DNA of 64,000 bases. Origin: Eledone cirrhosa. Taxonomy: Eukaryota. How positions within the stretch are numbered: the stretch's first letter is position 1; each line of letters begins with the position of its first letter. The notes beneath the pieces are model-generated. The model was not told the DNA's origin. It made no database searches and saw only the letters and a list, made by a program, of their open reading frames with translations. Position numbers and translations under genes: made by a program. The stretch is from assembly GCA_964016885.1 (NCBI GenBank), contig OZ024747.1:17732001-17796000 (forward strand), read 5' to 3'. Positions 28,232 to 43,759 of this stretch are shown here, one piece after another.

Positions 28232-28530
28232 CAGGCATGGGCAACCTTTTTCGAGACGCGGGCCGCATGAGATATGGCTCATCATCAGGCGAGCCGCAGG
28301 CGCTAATTTACATTCGTACCCAGATTTTTTTTAAAGGGCGGTAACTCAGGTTGTTTTGATTTGTTTCTTCAGAATTCGTACACGCTGTTTTCCTCGATCA
28401 TAAAATTGATAGAAAGATAAATTACGACTGAAAATTAGGGGTAAAAAAATTAGAAAGATTTAACTTAGGTGACTTAGGCAAACCATTCAGAAAGCTTCGA
28501 GCGCCACAGCCCGCAGGTTGCCCATGACTG
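28232..28530. mobile_element. hAT (Charlie-like) MITE
   Basis: 8-bp TSD ATCTAGAG at 28224-28231 and 28531-28538; TIRs CAGGCATGGGCAACC / GGTTGCCCATGACTG. Confidence 0.85.
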
Positions 28531-28999
28531 ATCTAGAGCAACATTAATACTGTCTTAAGATGTAGTGTATCTGCTAGAAACAACTACCAGTTATTTCAGT
28601 TACGAAATATCAACGTCCATTTTGAACGAGAAAGAAAAGTGATGATATTTGTGGAGGGACGACACAAAGAGATTTAATAATTTCCCAATGTCTCTGACAA
28701 TTTCTAGTATATTACGTAAGAGACTAAAACAAATATCAATATCTTTCTTTATAATTTATTTATAATTAATTTATTATTTATTTATAATCTTTCTTTATTT
28801 TCTTTGGGTTTTATTTATTGATATATCTATATTCTAAAACCTGGTAGCAACAAAATTAATAAAATTATAATATATATATATGTGTGTGTGTGTGTGCGTG
28901 CATACATGCATATATATATATCTAAATAAATATATATGTATGTGTATATATGCATATATATGCATGCATATATATATATATGTGTAAATGAATATATAT

Positions 29000-29040
<41 letters not shown>

Positions 29041-29134
29041 TACATATATATTCATTTACATATATATATATGCATGTATATATATGCATATATATATATA
29101 TGCATGTGTGCATACATGCATATATATATGTATG

Positions 29135-29257
<123 letters not shown>

Positions 29258-29301
29258 ATATATGTGTGTGTGTGTGTGTGTATGTATTATGTATATATAT
29301 A

Positions 29302-30169
29302 CGAGGTATGTCAGAAAACAAAAGATTTATTTCGAACCCAAACTTCACACTAAGAGGTTCCTCCTTCAAAGTAATCCCCCTGGCGTCTAATGCACTTTTC
29401 CATCCTTTTCTGCCACGCTTGCATGTACTCCTGGGAGGATTCTTCCGGGATCCTCCGCAGTTCCGTCGTCACGGCCTTTTTAATGTCATCCACGTCTTCA
29501 AAACGGGTCCCCTCCGGGTCGTACTCGAAGATCCATGACTCATCACCGGTGATGACTGTCCCTAGCAAGTCTGGTTCGATTTCAAGACGCTCGAGGATGT
29601 CCTGGCACACTTGCATGCGTCGACCCTTCTGGTCATCGTTCAGCAGTTTTGGCACCATCTTCGCGCAGACTTTCCGCATGTCCAAACCTTTAGTGAGAAT
29701 CTTCCAGACGCTATCCCCATTCATGCCCAGCTCATTTGCCCTCAGTCGAACAGTCAGCCGACGATCGCTACGCACCATCTGCCTGACGCGCTCAACGTTG
29801 ACCTCAGTCCTGGTTGTTGAGGGCCATCCGCTCCTGGGGTCATCTTGCACCACTCAAAAACATGTGAGCGTGACATCGTCTCATCTCCATACACTTGCTG
29901 CAGCAATCCCAGTGCTTCTGACGGAGTTTTCCCCAACCGTACCAGAAACTTCAAGTTTGTTCGTTGCTCTGTGCTCATTGCTTGACGACCTGAAACAGAG
30001 GACATGTATATAAAATTATGTAGAAAAAAGATTGATTGCTGCAGAGAGCTAAGATTAGAGTTACATACTCCAGGGGGATTACTTTGAAGGGGAAAACTCT
30101 TAGTGTGAAGTTTGGGCTTGAAATAAATCTTTTGTGACATCAGTCCTGGAACTTTTCTGACACACCTCG
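29302..30169 (-). mobile_element. Internally deleted mariner (Tc1/mariner) transposon
   Basis: TA-flanked TIRs CGAGGT.TGTCAGAAAA; N-terminal [15 protein letters not shown] helix-turn-helix, RSGWPST, KMVPKLL, ITGDESW, then YDPE fused directly to GTRF..., ending GDYFEG. Confidence 0.9.
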
Positions 30170-30178
30170 TATATATAT

Positions 30179-30257
<79 letters not shown>

Positions 30258-30318
30258 TATATATATATATATATATATGTAAATAAATATAGATGTATGT
30301 GTGTGTATATATATATAT

Positions 30319-30518
30319 AACGAAGGAGTTGTGGTAAGGAACCAGATGGACCATAACGCACCAGAGTACTCAATACTTAGGGTAGTAGAGTGGGTAATAG
30401 GAAAAAATATGACTCCGACAGCAAAGGCAAAGCTCAAGCCGTTTCGACGACTATTTCTGGACTCCAGAAATAGCCGTCGAAAGGGCGTGAACTCTGCCGT
30501 CGGGGTGATACTTTCTCC
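30319..30518. mobile_element. Family A palindromic element
   Basis: Consensus long arm, fold-back at TTCTGGA-C-TCCAGAA; (TA)n flanks. Confidence 0.8.
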
Positions 30519-30629
30519 TATATATATATAAAGGAACGATCGACTTTCGTCAAATCGGACCGAGGGAACAATGTTTCCGTTGGTCTTTCCAATTGTTAAT
30601 ACTATCTATCGGTCGCAACTCCAGGTAGA

Positions 30630-30750
30630 AGGAGCAACGTGAAATAAAGTGTCTTGCTCAAGGACATAACGCATCGCCTGGTCCAGGAATCGAACTCACA
30701 ACCTTACGATTGCGAATCCAATTCCCTAACCACTCAGCCACACGCCTTCA
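30630..30750 (-). mobile_element. CORE-like SINE (family B), 5' part
   Basis: Reverse complement TGAAGGCGTGTGGCTGAGTGGTTAG..GTTCGATTCC..TGTCCTTGAGCAAGACACTTT. Confidence 0.75.
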
Positions 30751-30794
30751 CATATATATATAGATATATCTATATATCTATATATATCTATATA

Positions 30795-30987
<193 letters not shown>

Positions 30988-31023
30988 ATATATATATATA
31001 TATTTTTATATAAACATATACAA

Positions 31024-31083
<60 letters not shown>

Positions 31084-31589
31084 TAAAACGGTTTAGCTTG
31101 AAGCACACATTAAATTAGCATACCTTGTGGTCAATCAGTATTTGTGTCTGTTATCTGCAGGCAGCAGATAAACAAACGTAGCTCTTCCGTTCTCCTGTTT
31201 AAGAGTATTTCACACAGTATATCATCTCAACCGAGAGAAACGTTAGATAAATAAATATATAAAGTTAATTCCAACGGTGACAATGCATTGCAGCTTCCTT
31301 AAAGAAACTTTATAGAAGATTAGACATTTATCTGAAAATAATTAGCATATGTCGGCGGCAACAAACAACGTAGTAATCAATTTAACAACAATTACCACGA
31401 CAAGTTCAGACTTGGCAAACTTCCAGGATTATCTTTCCTTTACTTCCATCATCTGATAAGAATATATATACGTATGTGTGTGTTTGTGTGTGTGTGTGTG
31501 TGTTTGTGTGTCTGTCTGTGTGTGTATGTGTGTGGGTGTGTGTATCTTTCTGTATGTACCTCTGGCTGTGTCCGTGCGTATATATACTG

Positions 31590-31700
<111 letters not shown>

Positions 31701-32013
31701 CTACTGCCAATTAAATATGTGTGGGTGTGTCTGTGTACTGTGTATATATATATATATATATATAGGCTACTGCCAATTAAATATGTGTGTGTGTGGGTGT
31801 GTGTGTGTGCGTATGTGTATTTATATATTCATCATCACAACTTTCATCATCATCATCATTATCATTATCATCGTTATCGCTGCTATCGTCATCATCAGTC
31901 CCATGACCATGACGACGTGCTTTTCATCCTTTCAAGGTCTATAAAGTGTAGAGGTTGATTCTCTCTCTCTCTCTCTCACACTTTTTCTTTCTTTCTGTCT
32001 CTCTGTCTTTCTT

Positions 32014-32047
<34 letters not shown>

Positions 32048-32053
32048 CTCAAT

Positions 32054-32113
<60 letters not shown>

Positions 32114-33609
32114 CTTTCTCTCGCGGAAAAGAAGAAGAAGAAGAAGAAGAAGAAGAAGAAGAAGAAGAAGAAGAAATCAGCTCTGTTCCACCTGGATTCC
32201 ATTACGACCCCATCAAGATTTAGGAACACTTCACCTTTTTTTTCACAATGATGTGTGATTTGAACATGCGCTATTGTGTGTAAAAGGTCGAATTCCTGGC
32301 CTATCCATTCTGTCAACATAGTTTCAATTCTGTGTTGAATTCTTTCAATCCTCTTACTTTCAAAACTTGTGATCTGAAGCCTGAATCAGAGACCTTACAA
32401 AAGTGAAATGTAAAGCACACTTGTTCTGATCACATAATATAGAGATACATTTTTACAGATGCTGCTCAACATTGAATTGGCATTTCTATCCATCCACCCT
32501 ATCCATCACTTAACTCCCTAAGGATTCATAGTGTGTGCCGTCGTGTCTTGGTAATATAAATTTGGTGGTGCCTTTTCTCTTCATATCTGAACACCACCAA
32601 TTTCTTCCAAGGAAAGAGAGGGTTTGTAAGAAAGAGATATAGAGTAAAACTCCACGCCAGTATTAGAGTGATACTTTATTTGTCGATCTCCAAAGGATAG
32701 AAAGCAAAACTGACCTCAACATGATTTGAACATAGAGCCCAAATAACAGAAACTAATACCTCGATACATTTTCTCTGGCGATTTGATGATTCTTCCAATT
32801 CATCGCCGTCAATTGTAGTTTATTGTAGTACAAAGATGCAAGCATAGTCATGTGGTTTTACAGTACTCTGGTTTAGGATTAATATAAATAGCTTCTTGCT
32901 ATAGTTCTCTGCGTATATAAAAATTGAAGGTACATTTCTTCTGTCGAACAACCAATAAGATGTGAATTATATAAAGACAATCCCAATGTTTTCTTTATAT
33001 TAATAAAATAATAACATTTGTCTGCGTTTTCACAGCAAGACGTATATGTTAAACTACAAAAACATTAAATTTCGCTGAGATTTTCTGCTCTATGCTATAT
33101 TGTTAATAAAATTTTATTACATACACATACACTCATGTGTGCGTAATATTATATGTATATAAATATGTATGTATGTGAGTGTGTCTGTGTATAACGAATG
33201 ATTTGATTCACTTTATTTCTTGGTTGTATACAAAAATAGCTCAAAATATAACATGAATATCAAGATTATTATACTATTATACTACACCAGAATAATAACA
33301 ATTTTTTTTTTCGAAACAATCTCTCAAATAAATAAAAGTAAATCTAAGTCGGAGCAAAGCTAGAAAGAAAACAACACAAGAACTTAAAAAAATGGCGGAG
33401 AAAACCTTAATACTAGCGTTATTGTGTTTTGTTCAAGACAAATATGAAAGACGAAAAAAAACATTAGAACACCTAAAGAGACTAAAATAACTACTATGTC
33501 TCTTGTGTGTGCTACCAAAATTAGACAACGTATATATTAAGAAATAAGTAGACAATCAGAAAGATGAGATGAGAGAGGACGAGATGAAAGACTTACAGAG
33601 AGAAGAAAG

Positions 33610-33647
<38 letters not shown>

Positions 33648-33957
33648 AGAGAGTGGGGGGTCAGATAAATAGTTGGTTTATCTTCCTTCGTAGATAAACG
33701 TTTGTTGTTTGTTTGAATGTTATAAGAAAATAAAAAGTACGAACGTATAATTGTAACATAAACAAAGGAGAAAAAATAACTAACCCTCGTAAAACTTGTT
33801 ATAGGAGGAATTTTGCTGTATTTTATTCATATACGTATATATATATTGTGTTTCTATACTTGATCATATAGACTTACTAGCTTATATTTTATCATGTGGA
33901 CTGGTAGTTATTATTATGCTGAACACCGGATAGCTTATCAAGTTAGCATGCAACAGC

Positions 33958-33958
33958 T

Positions 33959-34045
<87 letters not shown>
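33958..34045. repeat. (TAG)n microsatellite
   Basis: Direct reading. Confidence 0.95.
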
Positions 34046-34046
<1 letters not shown>

Positions 34047-35477
34047 GGCTTATAAAGGATTGTTAAACCGGTACATCGATCCACGGTTCGGAAAGCAAAG
34101 GAGAGGGCATGTGAATATATGACCCTGTCTACCACTTAAAAACCTCTCAGCATCCTTGAAATTTTGGGGGAAATCTTTTCCCTACTCTGACCCTAAAAGC
34201 AGTCATTTCCCGCTAAGAAAAACTTCTCTCGAAGGCCATCCCCAAAGATTAACAATTTTACCTTAGCGTTTCACTTTCCTGCTTGAAGCTTCTGAACCAC
34301 ACCAAAAAATTGTGGGAGATTTTTACTGTCATATCCTTCCTAAGGCCATTAGTTTTTTGTATGTATGGACCTATGACACCTGATTGAATCGTATGAGCGC
34401 AATCGTGATATTTAAATTTAGCGCAGCTCATCCCTTCCTGAGGTCTGACTGAACACAGACGATTTCTTCCAGAGATGTAGTGAGAGTATTGGAGAAAGAA
34501 AGGCATATAGAAGTGCATCGATCAATCTACAAAATAAGTTCTGTCAAGAGAGGTTCCGTCGAAAATAGTGATATTGCAGAATATATAGCATTGGATTTCA
34601 TTCCTTTATGCTATGAGTTCTAATTCTACAAAGTAACTTTATCTTCCATTAATCTGGAATCAATGAAATTATTATTGGTAATGTGCTGGTTCTATTTCTT
34701 AAATATATACATGTAACAATATGTCAAAACATATAGCTTTTGTTTAGCGACAGATCACCCCTGATTTAACAAACTCGTAAGCAAGGGTGGTCCAAATATG
34801 ACCTTTTTTCTGATTGTGTATCTAAGACTAAATTGCCAAACATGACCGTCAATTTTTGAGACGGTTGAGAACGATATGAGGAAATGTTACTGCTATCTTT
34901 AGAAAGTCGAGTGATCGTGAAGAGGTTTCCTCGTTAGTTACTTATGAGCTATAGTATAAAATGCTGAAATACAATGAAGAAAAAATTATTTCTTCCCTGT
35001 ATAAGATCACATAATGACACTTCACTGTTGCAATACTATACATAAGACTTCACTCCTCCAATATCGATATCTGAAAAGGTTTAGACCTTGAGGCCTTTTA
35101 TTCATAAATGTAGATACAATATCGTGTTTAAACTTGCTCCAGGCTGATCAAACAGCAATAAGAAACACATCTTATACTTTTATTCATTGATTTGTTGATA
35201 TGACAGAGAATTTGATTATCTGGCATTCTAGAAAGATTGGTATGCCTTTGGCAAAGTCTATGGTATTATAAGATTTGATCCCGGTTTGCCACCTAAGGAT
35301 AAATAACTTGATATCTTGGTAGGGCTTCTTCCTGCTAATTTGCTACATCCTATTGATGTACTGCATCCTACAGTTCTGTTCTCAGCTAGACTCGAAGGTC
35401 TCACAAAAACCATGGACGCTGTCTTTTCTTCTCAGATTCAGCAACAAGTAGCGAATGACTTTTTTTATATATATATA

Positions 35478-35560
<83 letters not shown>

Positions 35561-35669
35561 TTTTGGCTACTTACTGTGTAAAATTGTAATCTTTAAAGGT
35601 GAGAATCATATAGAGAATCATATCAAATTATTATCTACTGAATAAAATAAAACCTACCTACAGGCCATC

Positions 35670-35713
<44 letters not shown>

Positions 35714-35814
35714 GATATGTATATATGTATGTGTGAATGTATGTATATTTGTATGTATATATGTACACACGTATGTACGTATGTATGTATGTACGTATGT
35801 ATGTAGGCATGTAT

Positions 35815-36280
35815 GTTTGATGATGGCTGACTGGGAGATAGAAACTCTTGAAAGAGAAACTTGGCGTGAAATGGTGAATGATGGGGTCCATAATTTGAGG
35901 ATAGACGCATAGAGCACGAGAAGATCAAACGGGATGTGCGTAAGCAATGCCCTGGTGTATCTCTCGAAACGATCGGTGTCTCCATTGAATTGGTGTGTCC
36001 TGAGTGTGGAAAAATTTGCTTGAGCAAATCTGGTCTCAGGAGCCACAGTCGCAGCCATGTTCAAACAGAACTAGTGAAGTATGATCTCCACGGTGTTGTG
36101 AGAGTTCACGGGCAACCTGATGCAGGACCTCAAGCCAGGGAGATCCATAGTTGCCGTCAGTGTGTGAAGGAGTGCAAGTCTCTAGCAGGCTTGAAAAACC
36201 ATATCCGAGCGCCCCACATCTGAATCTGACAAGCGATTGCAATACTCTTGGCAGAGTTTGCAGCCATCATGTATGTATGT
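35815..36280 (+). mobile_element. 3' end of an RTE-like LINE with two C2H2-type fingers and (TATG)n tail
   Basis: DWEIETLERETWREMV, CPECGKICLSKSGLRSHSRSH, CRQCVKECKSLAGLKNH; (TATG)n on both sides. Confidence 0.75.
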
Positions 36281-37376
36281 AGAAAGTTTTTCACTTTAAG
36301 CTGCTTTGTAATACAATCTGCTACTTTGTGAAAATACTATTCAAACTTTATGGAACTGAAATTGATAATGGCCAAGTAATATTTTATCAATATTAAATAC
36401 ATATATAGTACATGTGGGCCCGTAAATCCTTTTAGAACTGTAGGATCGCCGTCGTAACATATGACATAGCTTGGGTGCCTAAAACATTGCGAAGTCCACC
36501 CCTTCTCTAGGCTTGAACACAGATGATTTCTTCCCAAAAAAAGGAGGGAAAATGTGAAAAAGAGGATGAGAAAAAAGAGATATAGAGAAAAGCAAAGTTG
36601 GCGGTATTCAAACTCAGAGAGCACAGAGAACTAGAAAGTGTTTGCCGCTTTCATATATATAATGCGACACTGTGAATTTGATCTTTACTTCTGTTATTAA
36701 ATTATTCTTGTTATTCACTCATAAATTTGACAAGTATTCAAAACACGACTCACAATAACGGATTATTCCGATCCGTTTCTATTGGTTTCATTTTCATTTA
36801 ATTTATGGCTCGGTCGGATAATGGAGAGCCATATCCATGATTTTTCTTTTTCAAAGCCTCCTAGGCTGATAGGAGGAAAAAAGTTATTCTCAGACAAGAG
36901 ACTTGATATAAATGCTAAAATCACATATTGTGTAGGGACAGTGTTAAGTTGGGAGACAGATTAACTATACAAAGTAAACACAGAAACGGTTCCTCAAAGT
37001 GATTCCACACTTTTCATCTATCTAAATACTTTGAAAATTAGTTTGTCGAACCGAGACTATAATAGACGACACAACACTTGATCAAGATACTGCGGGGTGT
37101 GATTGAATCCAAAAGCACAGAGTTCTTAACCCCATAGCTACGCCTGCACCTAGGACTAATATATTACGGAGATAAACTTACACTGGTGTGATCTCCTTTC
37201 AGGAAATGTCCTCAACGAAGACATTATGTAAGCCATCTACCAGTAGCGTAGCTAGAGAGACAGGAGACTACACTACTACCATCAACAAACCCAATTTATG
37301 ACCTGGTTCCGAATTCTTGATAACAAATAACTTCTTTTAAATTAGGATTACACTATCTTTTACAAAAGAATTAAGA

Positions 37377-37411
<35 letters not shown>

Positions 37412-37450
37412 GGGGAGAGAGAGAGAGTGTGTGTGTGTGTGTGTTTGTGC

Positions 37451-37552
<102 letters not shown>

Positions 37553-37946
37553 ATGCGTTTGAGTGTATATATGTATATAAACTTAAGAAAATTGACGAAG
37601 AGGGACAAGACAACGAACGGAAACAAAACAAAACAAAAAACAATTACACACACACACACACACACACATACACACACACGCACACATACACACGCGCACG
37701 CACACATCCCCCCCCCCACACACACACACGCACACATATATATATATATATCACAAATATATAAGCTTGGGTCTACTGAAAAGATGTTCAGTTTATGACA
37801 AACTCTGTTACAGAACAGACAAGAATCTCAACCAGCAATCTTTCACTTAATTTTGATGTCTTTATTTAATCAATGGTTTCTCATTTAGGCACAAGGCCAG
37901 TAATTCGGTGGGGCGGGAGATTCGATTCAATTGACCACAGTACATG

Positions 37947-38211
37947 TGAAGGCGCATGGCTTAGTGGTTAGAGCATTCGGCTTGCAATCGAAAGGTTGTG
38001 AGTTCAATTCTCGGACCGGGTGATGTGTTGTTTCCTAGAGCAAAACACTTTATTTCACGTTGCTCCAGTTTACTCAGCTGTAGAAATGAGATGATAGGAC
38101 TGGGATCCCTATCATTAAACCATCCAAGACACCTCCAACGAGATATACCTTGGAGGAGGCCAGCTAAACCTGCATAGTTGTGAGCTGTCACAACAAAAGA
38201 AAAATGTAACA
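37947..38211 (+). mobile_element. CORE-like SINE inserted into an older family C SINE
   Basis: 10-bp TSD ACAGTACATG at 37937-37946 and 38212-38221; tRNA-like head TGAAGGCGCATGGCTTAGTGGTTAG; host SINE halves at about 37872-37946 and 38222-38360. Confidence 0.8.
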
Positions 38212-38373
38212 ACAGTACATGACAACTACTTCATTCTGTCGACGACCAAAGGATCAAATGCAAAGTTGACCTCGGTGAGATTTGAACTCAGAACGTTAGG
38301 ATTCAGTATAAATACCGCAAAGCATTTGACTGGCGCTCTAAGAATTCCGAGAATCCACCACCCTATTCCTTTA

Positions 38374-38867
38374 ATTAATTGTTTCTACTTTAGGCACAAG
38401 GCCAGCAATTACTCAGTGCATTACTGGTACTTTATTTTATCGATCCCGCAAAGATAAAAGGCAAAGTTAACCTCTACGGGATTTGAACTCAGAATAGCAA
38501 GGGCCGTAACTCTATGCGTCAAAGCAAGGCGTCCGACCCTCAATGCGACGGAAATAATTATGCCTTGCCTCATTGTTCGGTTTGTTATACGACATATATT
38601 ACTATCTATACGACATATATTATAAATAATATACGACATATATTACTATATATAGTAATTGTTTCTACTTTAGGCACAAGGCCAGCAATTACCGAGTACA
38701 TTACTGGTACTTTATTTTATCGATCCCGCAAAGATAAAAGGCAAAGTTAACCTCTACGGGATTTGAACTCAGAATGGCAAGGGCCGTAACTCTATGCGTC
38801 AAAGCAAGTCGTCCGACCCTCAATGCGACGGAAATAATTATGCCTTGCCTCATTGTTCGGTTTGTTA
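38374..38867 (-). repeat. Local duplication of a family C SINE plus flank (~210 bp x2)
   Basis: 38374-38587 is nearly identical to 38655-38867, including the non-SINE flank. Confidence 0.85.
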
Positions 38868-39233
38868 AAGTAGCAGCCTATTCCTTCTTTAATTTCTCTA
38901 CCCACAAACCAACACCAAAAATGTTAGGAACTATTGTAACATGTAAACTATGCATAAAGACTGGATGTTGACATCAAGAATACTACAGATCGTAGGTCTA
39001 CGTGACCCAAGCTAACCTAGAACTAAACAGCAGCAACCAGTGTCCACGACAATGACATTAACGCCATAAAATCTTATTTATCTTCTCATTTAAACTTGAT
39101 GCATTGCTACTATGGATAAGAAAATTTAATTTTCAGTGGCATTATAACTAAATCGCTGGTCTTTATGGAATCTGCAACAGAAATAGTGGGCTCTATTAAG
39201 AAGCAGTGTAAAGAAGAATTGTACAAAATTACG

Positions 39234-39364
<131 letters not shown>

Positions 39365-39649
39365 CTCGGAATGTGTATTCTTAATGTGTATGAACGACAA
39401 AGTACAATTGAACTGGGTATAAGAGAAATCAGATTGTGTGTACAAAAGAGATGGTTTCGATGATGTGGACATGTGATGCGTATGGTTAATGATCGTTCAG
39501 TGAAGTAGTGCCGGGAGAACAGAATAGAGTAAGACTGAGAAAGACCTGAGCAGATCTGAAGTTTACAGTGGAGATGACGGAGGATAGCAACAAAGTGGCT
39601 GCGTTGGAAAAGATATGTCCACTCTTTGCAAGTATGGCAGAAAGGATGA

Positions 39650-39795
<146 letters not shown>

Positions 39796-39815
39796 ATGTA
39801 TGTATATATATATAT

Positions 39816-40115
39816 AACGAAGGAAATGTGGTAAGGAACCAGGTGGACCATAACGCACCAAAGTACTCAATACTTAGGGTAGTAGAGTGGGTAATAGGAA
39901 CAAGTAAGACCCCGACGGCTGAGCTCAAGCCGTTTCGGCGGCTAATTCTGGACTAATTTCTACACTGCTTCTTAATTGAGTCCAGAATTAGCCGTCGAAA
40001 CGGCTTGAGCTCAGCCGTCGGGGTCCTACTCGTTCCTATTACCCACTCTACTACCCTAAGTATTGAGTACTTTGGTGCGTTATAGTCCACCTGGTTCCTT
40101 ACCACACTTCCTTCG

Positions 40116-40117
<2 letters not shown>
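39816..40117. mobile_element. Family A element with two full-length arms
   Basis: ~138-bp arms in inverted orientation; (TA)n flanks. Confidence 0.85.
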
Positions 40118-40212
<95 letters not shown>

Positions 40213-41879
40213 TATAACTTTGATGACTTTGATAGCTTTGATAGGTTTTAGCCAGTATTGGCCCAGGCCATGTCTAACTTAATAGCAGATTTAGACATGG
40301 CCTGGGCCAATACTGGCCGAAACCTATCAAAGTTATCAAGTCCGTTTAGTAATATTGTTGTGGTCGTGTTTTCGTTGGCAATCGTCTGTTTACGACAGTA
40401 CAGCGCGGCTCTACTTTATTTAACTGAGATAAAACTTATATGAGCATGAACAGTAGATTATTACGCATCTTTTGGCTTAAAAATCTAGAAATTTTGTCCA
40501 GCGGGAAAAAGTTTATAATCAAAGTTTGCTGATAAATCTTGTGTTCAAGTGAGTGAGTAGTAAGCGTGACGCTAGGGGAGGTAATCCAGAAATGACGACG
40601 TTTGGAAAAGTTTAATTACTGCATGAAAGAAATGATTCAAAAATTGAACTTGCCCAATCTTCACAACATTGAAAATTGGTCAAAATTTGACAAATCTGAT
40701 TTCAAACCAGATATGATTCATTTGAACAATGTTGGAAATCTTAAATTGACACAAATTTTTGCCAATGTTTTTGCCACCTGATCTTTGTTCTATGGCTGAC
40801 TGACTAATTTTGTGATTTAATAAAATGTCATCATACTAGTAATGCACAATGGTCATTTTTAAATTTAAATTTTATTAAATAGTTGTTGCTTGCATTGCCT
40901 TAAAATAGTAACAAGAATGTACACATACTTTTTAAAAATACATCATTATCAGTCAAATCAGTCAAATGTCACTAAAAGCCAGGTGATCGATAACAACTTC
41001 TATAAGATTAGTTACATGCTCACACATTGGATCACCTCTCATCAATGGCATTGGGTGTCTGAGATAAGTGATGGTCTTCCAGTGTGAACAACTCCCTATA
41101 TTCATTGATATATATATATATATATGTGATGGCTTCCGATTCATAGGTGCATTTTATGAGGAATTCCATGCATCCGATTTTCAGTGATTCAATGGGCATT
41201 TTATCAGAGATGATAAGGTATTTGACCACGTTTTGCTTTGTAAGTAAATTGGAGAGAATCACTGCAGTCAAAGTCATTTCTTTGCATGGGTTTTTGTCCA
41301 TTCGAAAAAGTTAAAATGATAAAGTATTACTACTATATAACTTACATCTATTGTTGTAACACCATTGAAATGCACAAGTTTCACCAATTCACTATTATGC
41401 ACTAATCATCTCAAATGCATTCATGATTTACTAGCTTTGTCATTAAGCCAGTTGCCTCAACTAGATTGCAATTATACTCAAAAGAACTTTAAAATGTCAA
41501 TCACTTGTCAGTAATTCACTATGATCATTTAATTATTAGATAGTTGTTGCTTGCATTGCCTTAAAAAATAGTAGACCAGATAAAAAAATTCGTACAGCAA
41601 AAAAAAGTAATATTGTTGGAATATAAACCTTTAAAAATACAGGACAAGAAACTAAAATAAAACTTTAAAAGAATAGGACAAGAAACTAAGATAAAACTTT
41701 AAAAGAATAGGACAAGAAACTAAGATAAAACTTTAAAGAATTGGACAAGAAATAAAAAATTTTACAATAATATATATAGATATGTATATGTATATATATA
41801 TATATCGAGAGAGGAATGGACAAGCAGACAAAAACCGGGAGAGAAGCGAGATATATATGTATATCAATATGTGTATATA

Positions 41880-41923
<44 letters not shown>

Positions 41924-41993
41924 CATATATATATTGTATCTATATATATATACATATATATATGTATGTGTGTGTGCGTTTGTATGTGTGTGC

Positions 41994-42046
<53 letters not shown>

Positions 42047-42209
42047 TGTCTTCGCGCCCACATATGTTAGATTTTGTTATACATTAATCAGTCATACTTC
42101 TAAACATTTCAACTTATCGCTAAATGCTCATGGAGTAATTTTGTGATTATATACTTTAAGATAGACATATGGGATTGTGTTAGTACGAACTCGATTTCTG
42201 TCCCTATTC

Positions 42210-42242
<33 letters not shown>

Positions 42243-42337
42243 AGTGTGTGTGTGCGTATGTGTGTGTGTATGTCTATATATATATATATATATGTAAACA
42301 TACATATGTATATATATATATACATACATATGTGTAA

Positions 42338-42368
<31 letters not shown>

Positions 42369-42369
42369 C

Positions 42370-42457
<88 letters not shown>

Positions 42458-42470
42458 GCATATGTACGTC

Positions 42471-42519
<49 letters not shown>

Positions 42520-42541
42520 GTATGTATATATATATATATTT

Positions 42542-42661
<120 letters not shown>

Positions 42662-42692
42662 ATATATACATATATATATATATGTATATATA

Positions 42693-42757
<65 letters not shown>

Positions 42758-42805
42758 GCGTACTGTCAAACATACATGCAAACATACATACATACATACA
42801 TACAT

Positions 42806-43060
42806 GGTGGCTGCCAACTCGTTTTCGAGTACGGCCACTACTTTATATCCATGTAGGAGAACCCCTACCGATGCGCTGAACGAGTGTGACTTTTTAGTCC
42901 AGCCAGCGACTTGAAAACTCTGGTACAAACACTACACTTGTGACAATTACTGACACATAGTGCTGGGCCCATGGTACCATGTGACGACAAGTGCAGAGAG
43001 ATCTCCAGATATAAAGCAATGCCTGTGCCGTGAAGCTTTTATAGTGAGCAAAGGCACTGC
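42806..43060 (-). mobile_element. RTE-like 3' fragment in (TACA)n
   Basis: Near-identical to 50157-50407; tail GAGTTGGCAGCCACC(ATGT)n resembles 36254-36280. Confidence 0.75.
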
Positions 43061-43454
43061 ACATACATACATACATACATACATACATACATACATACAT
43101 ACATACATACATACATACATACATAGGTTTTTCACCAAAGACATATATCAGACACACGCATATGTCTTTGAGAATGAATTTTAAATGAGAATTTGGTGTT
43201 TATCCGGTTATCGACGCTAATGTTATTATCCAGAGACTCGATAGGAAAAGTAACAGCGATACAAAAATATGACACTAATGTAAAGTGTCAGACAAGGTTT
43301 GGAAAACTATTTAGAACGCCGAGTGAATTTTATGGAAAGCTAGCATTAATGATGACGTCGTTTCTATGTGTGTGCATATATATATATGTGTGTGTATGTG
43401 CATATGTATACATGTGTGTGTGTGTGTACGTATGTATGTGTATGTATGTATGTA

Positions 43455-43530
<76 letters not shown>

Positions 43531-43592
43531 TGTATATATATATATATATGTATGTATGTATGTGTGTGTATGTATAAATATATATATATATA

Positions 43593-43711
<119 letters not shown>

Positions 43712-43727
43712 TACATACATATGTATG

Positions 43728-43759
<32 letters not shown>

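Larger units (their letters stand above)
27105..28572. repeat. ~35-40-bp quasi-palindromic minisatellite
   Basis: Unit TGTCTTAAGATGTAGTGTATCTAAGACATT repeated; interrupted by two MITEs. Confidence 0.85.

Noticed and set aside
32053-32385. Possible minus-strand exon
   Set aside because: Weak splice signals, no recognisable motif, and it runs into microsatellites
37947-38020. tRNA gene
   Set aside because: tRNA-like SINE head that continues into a CORE-like domain and has TSDs
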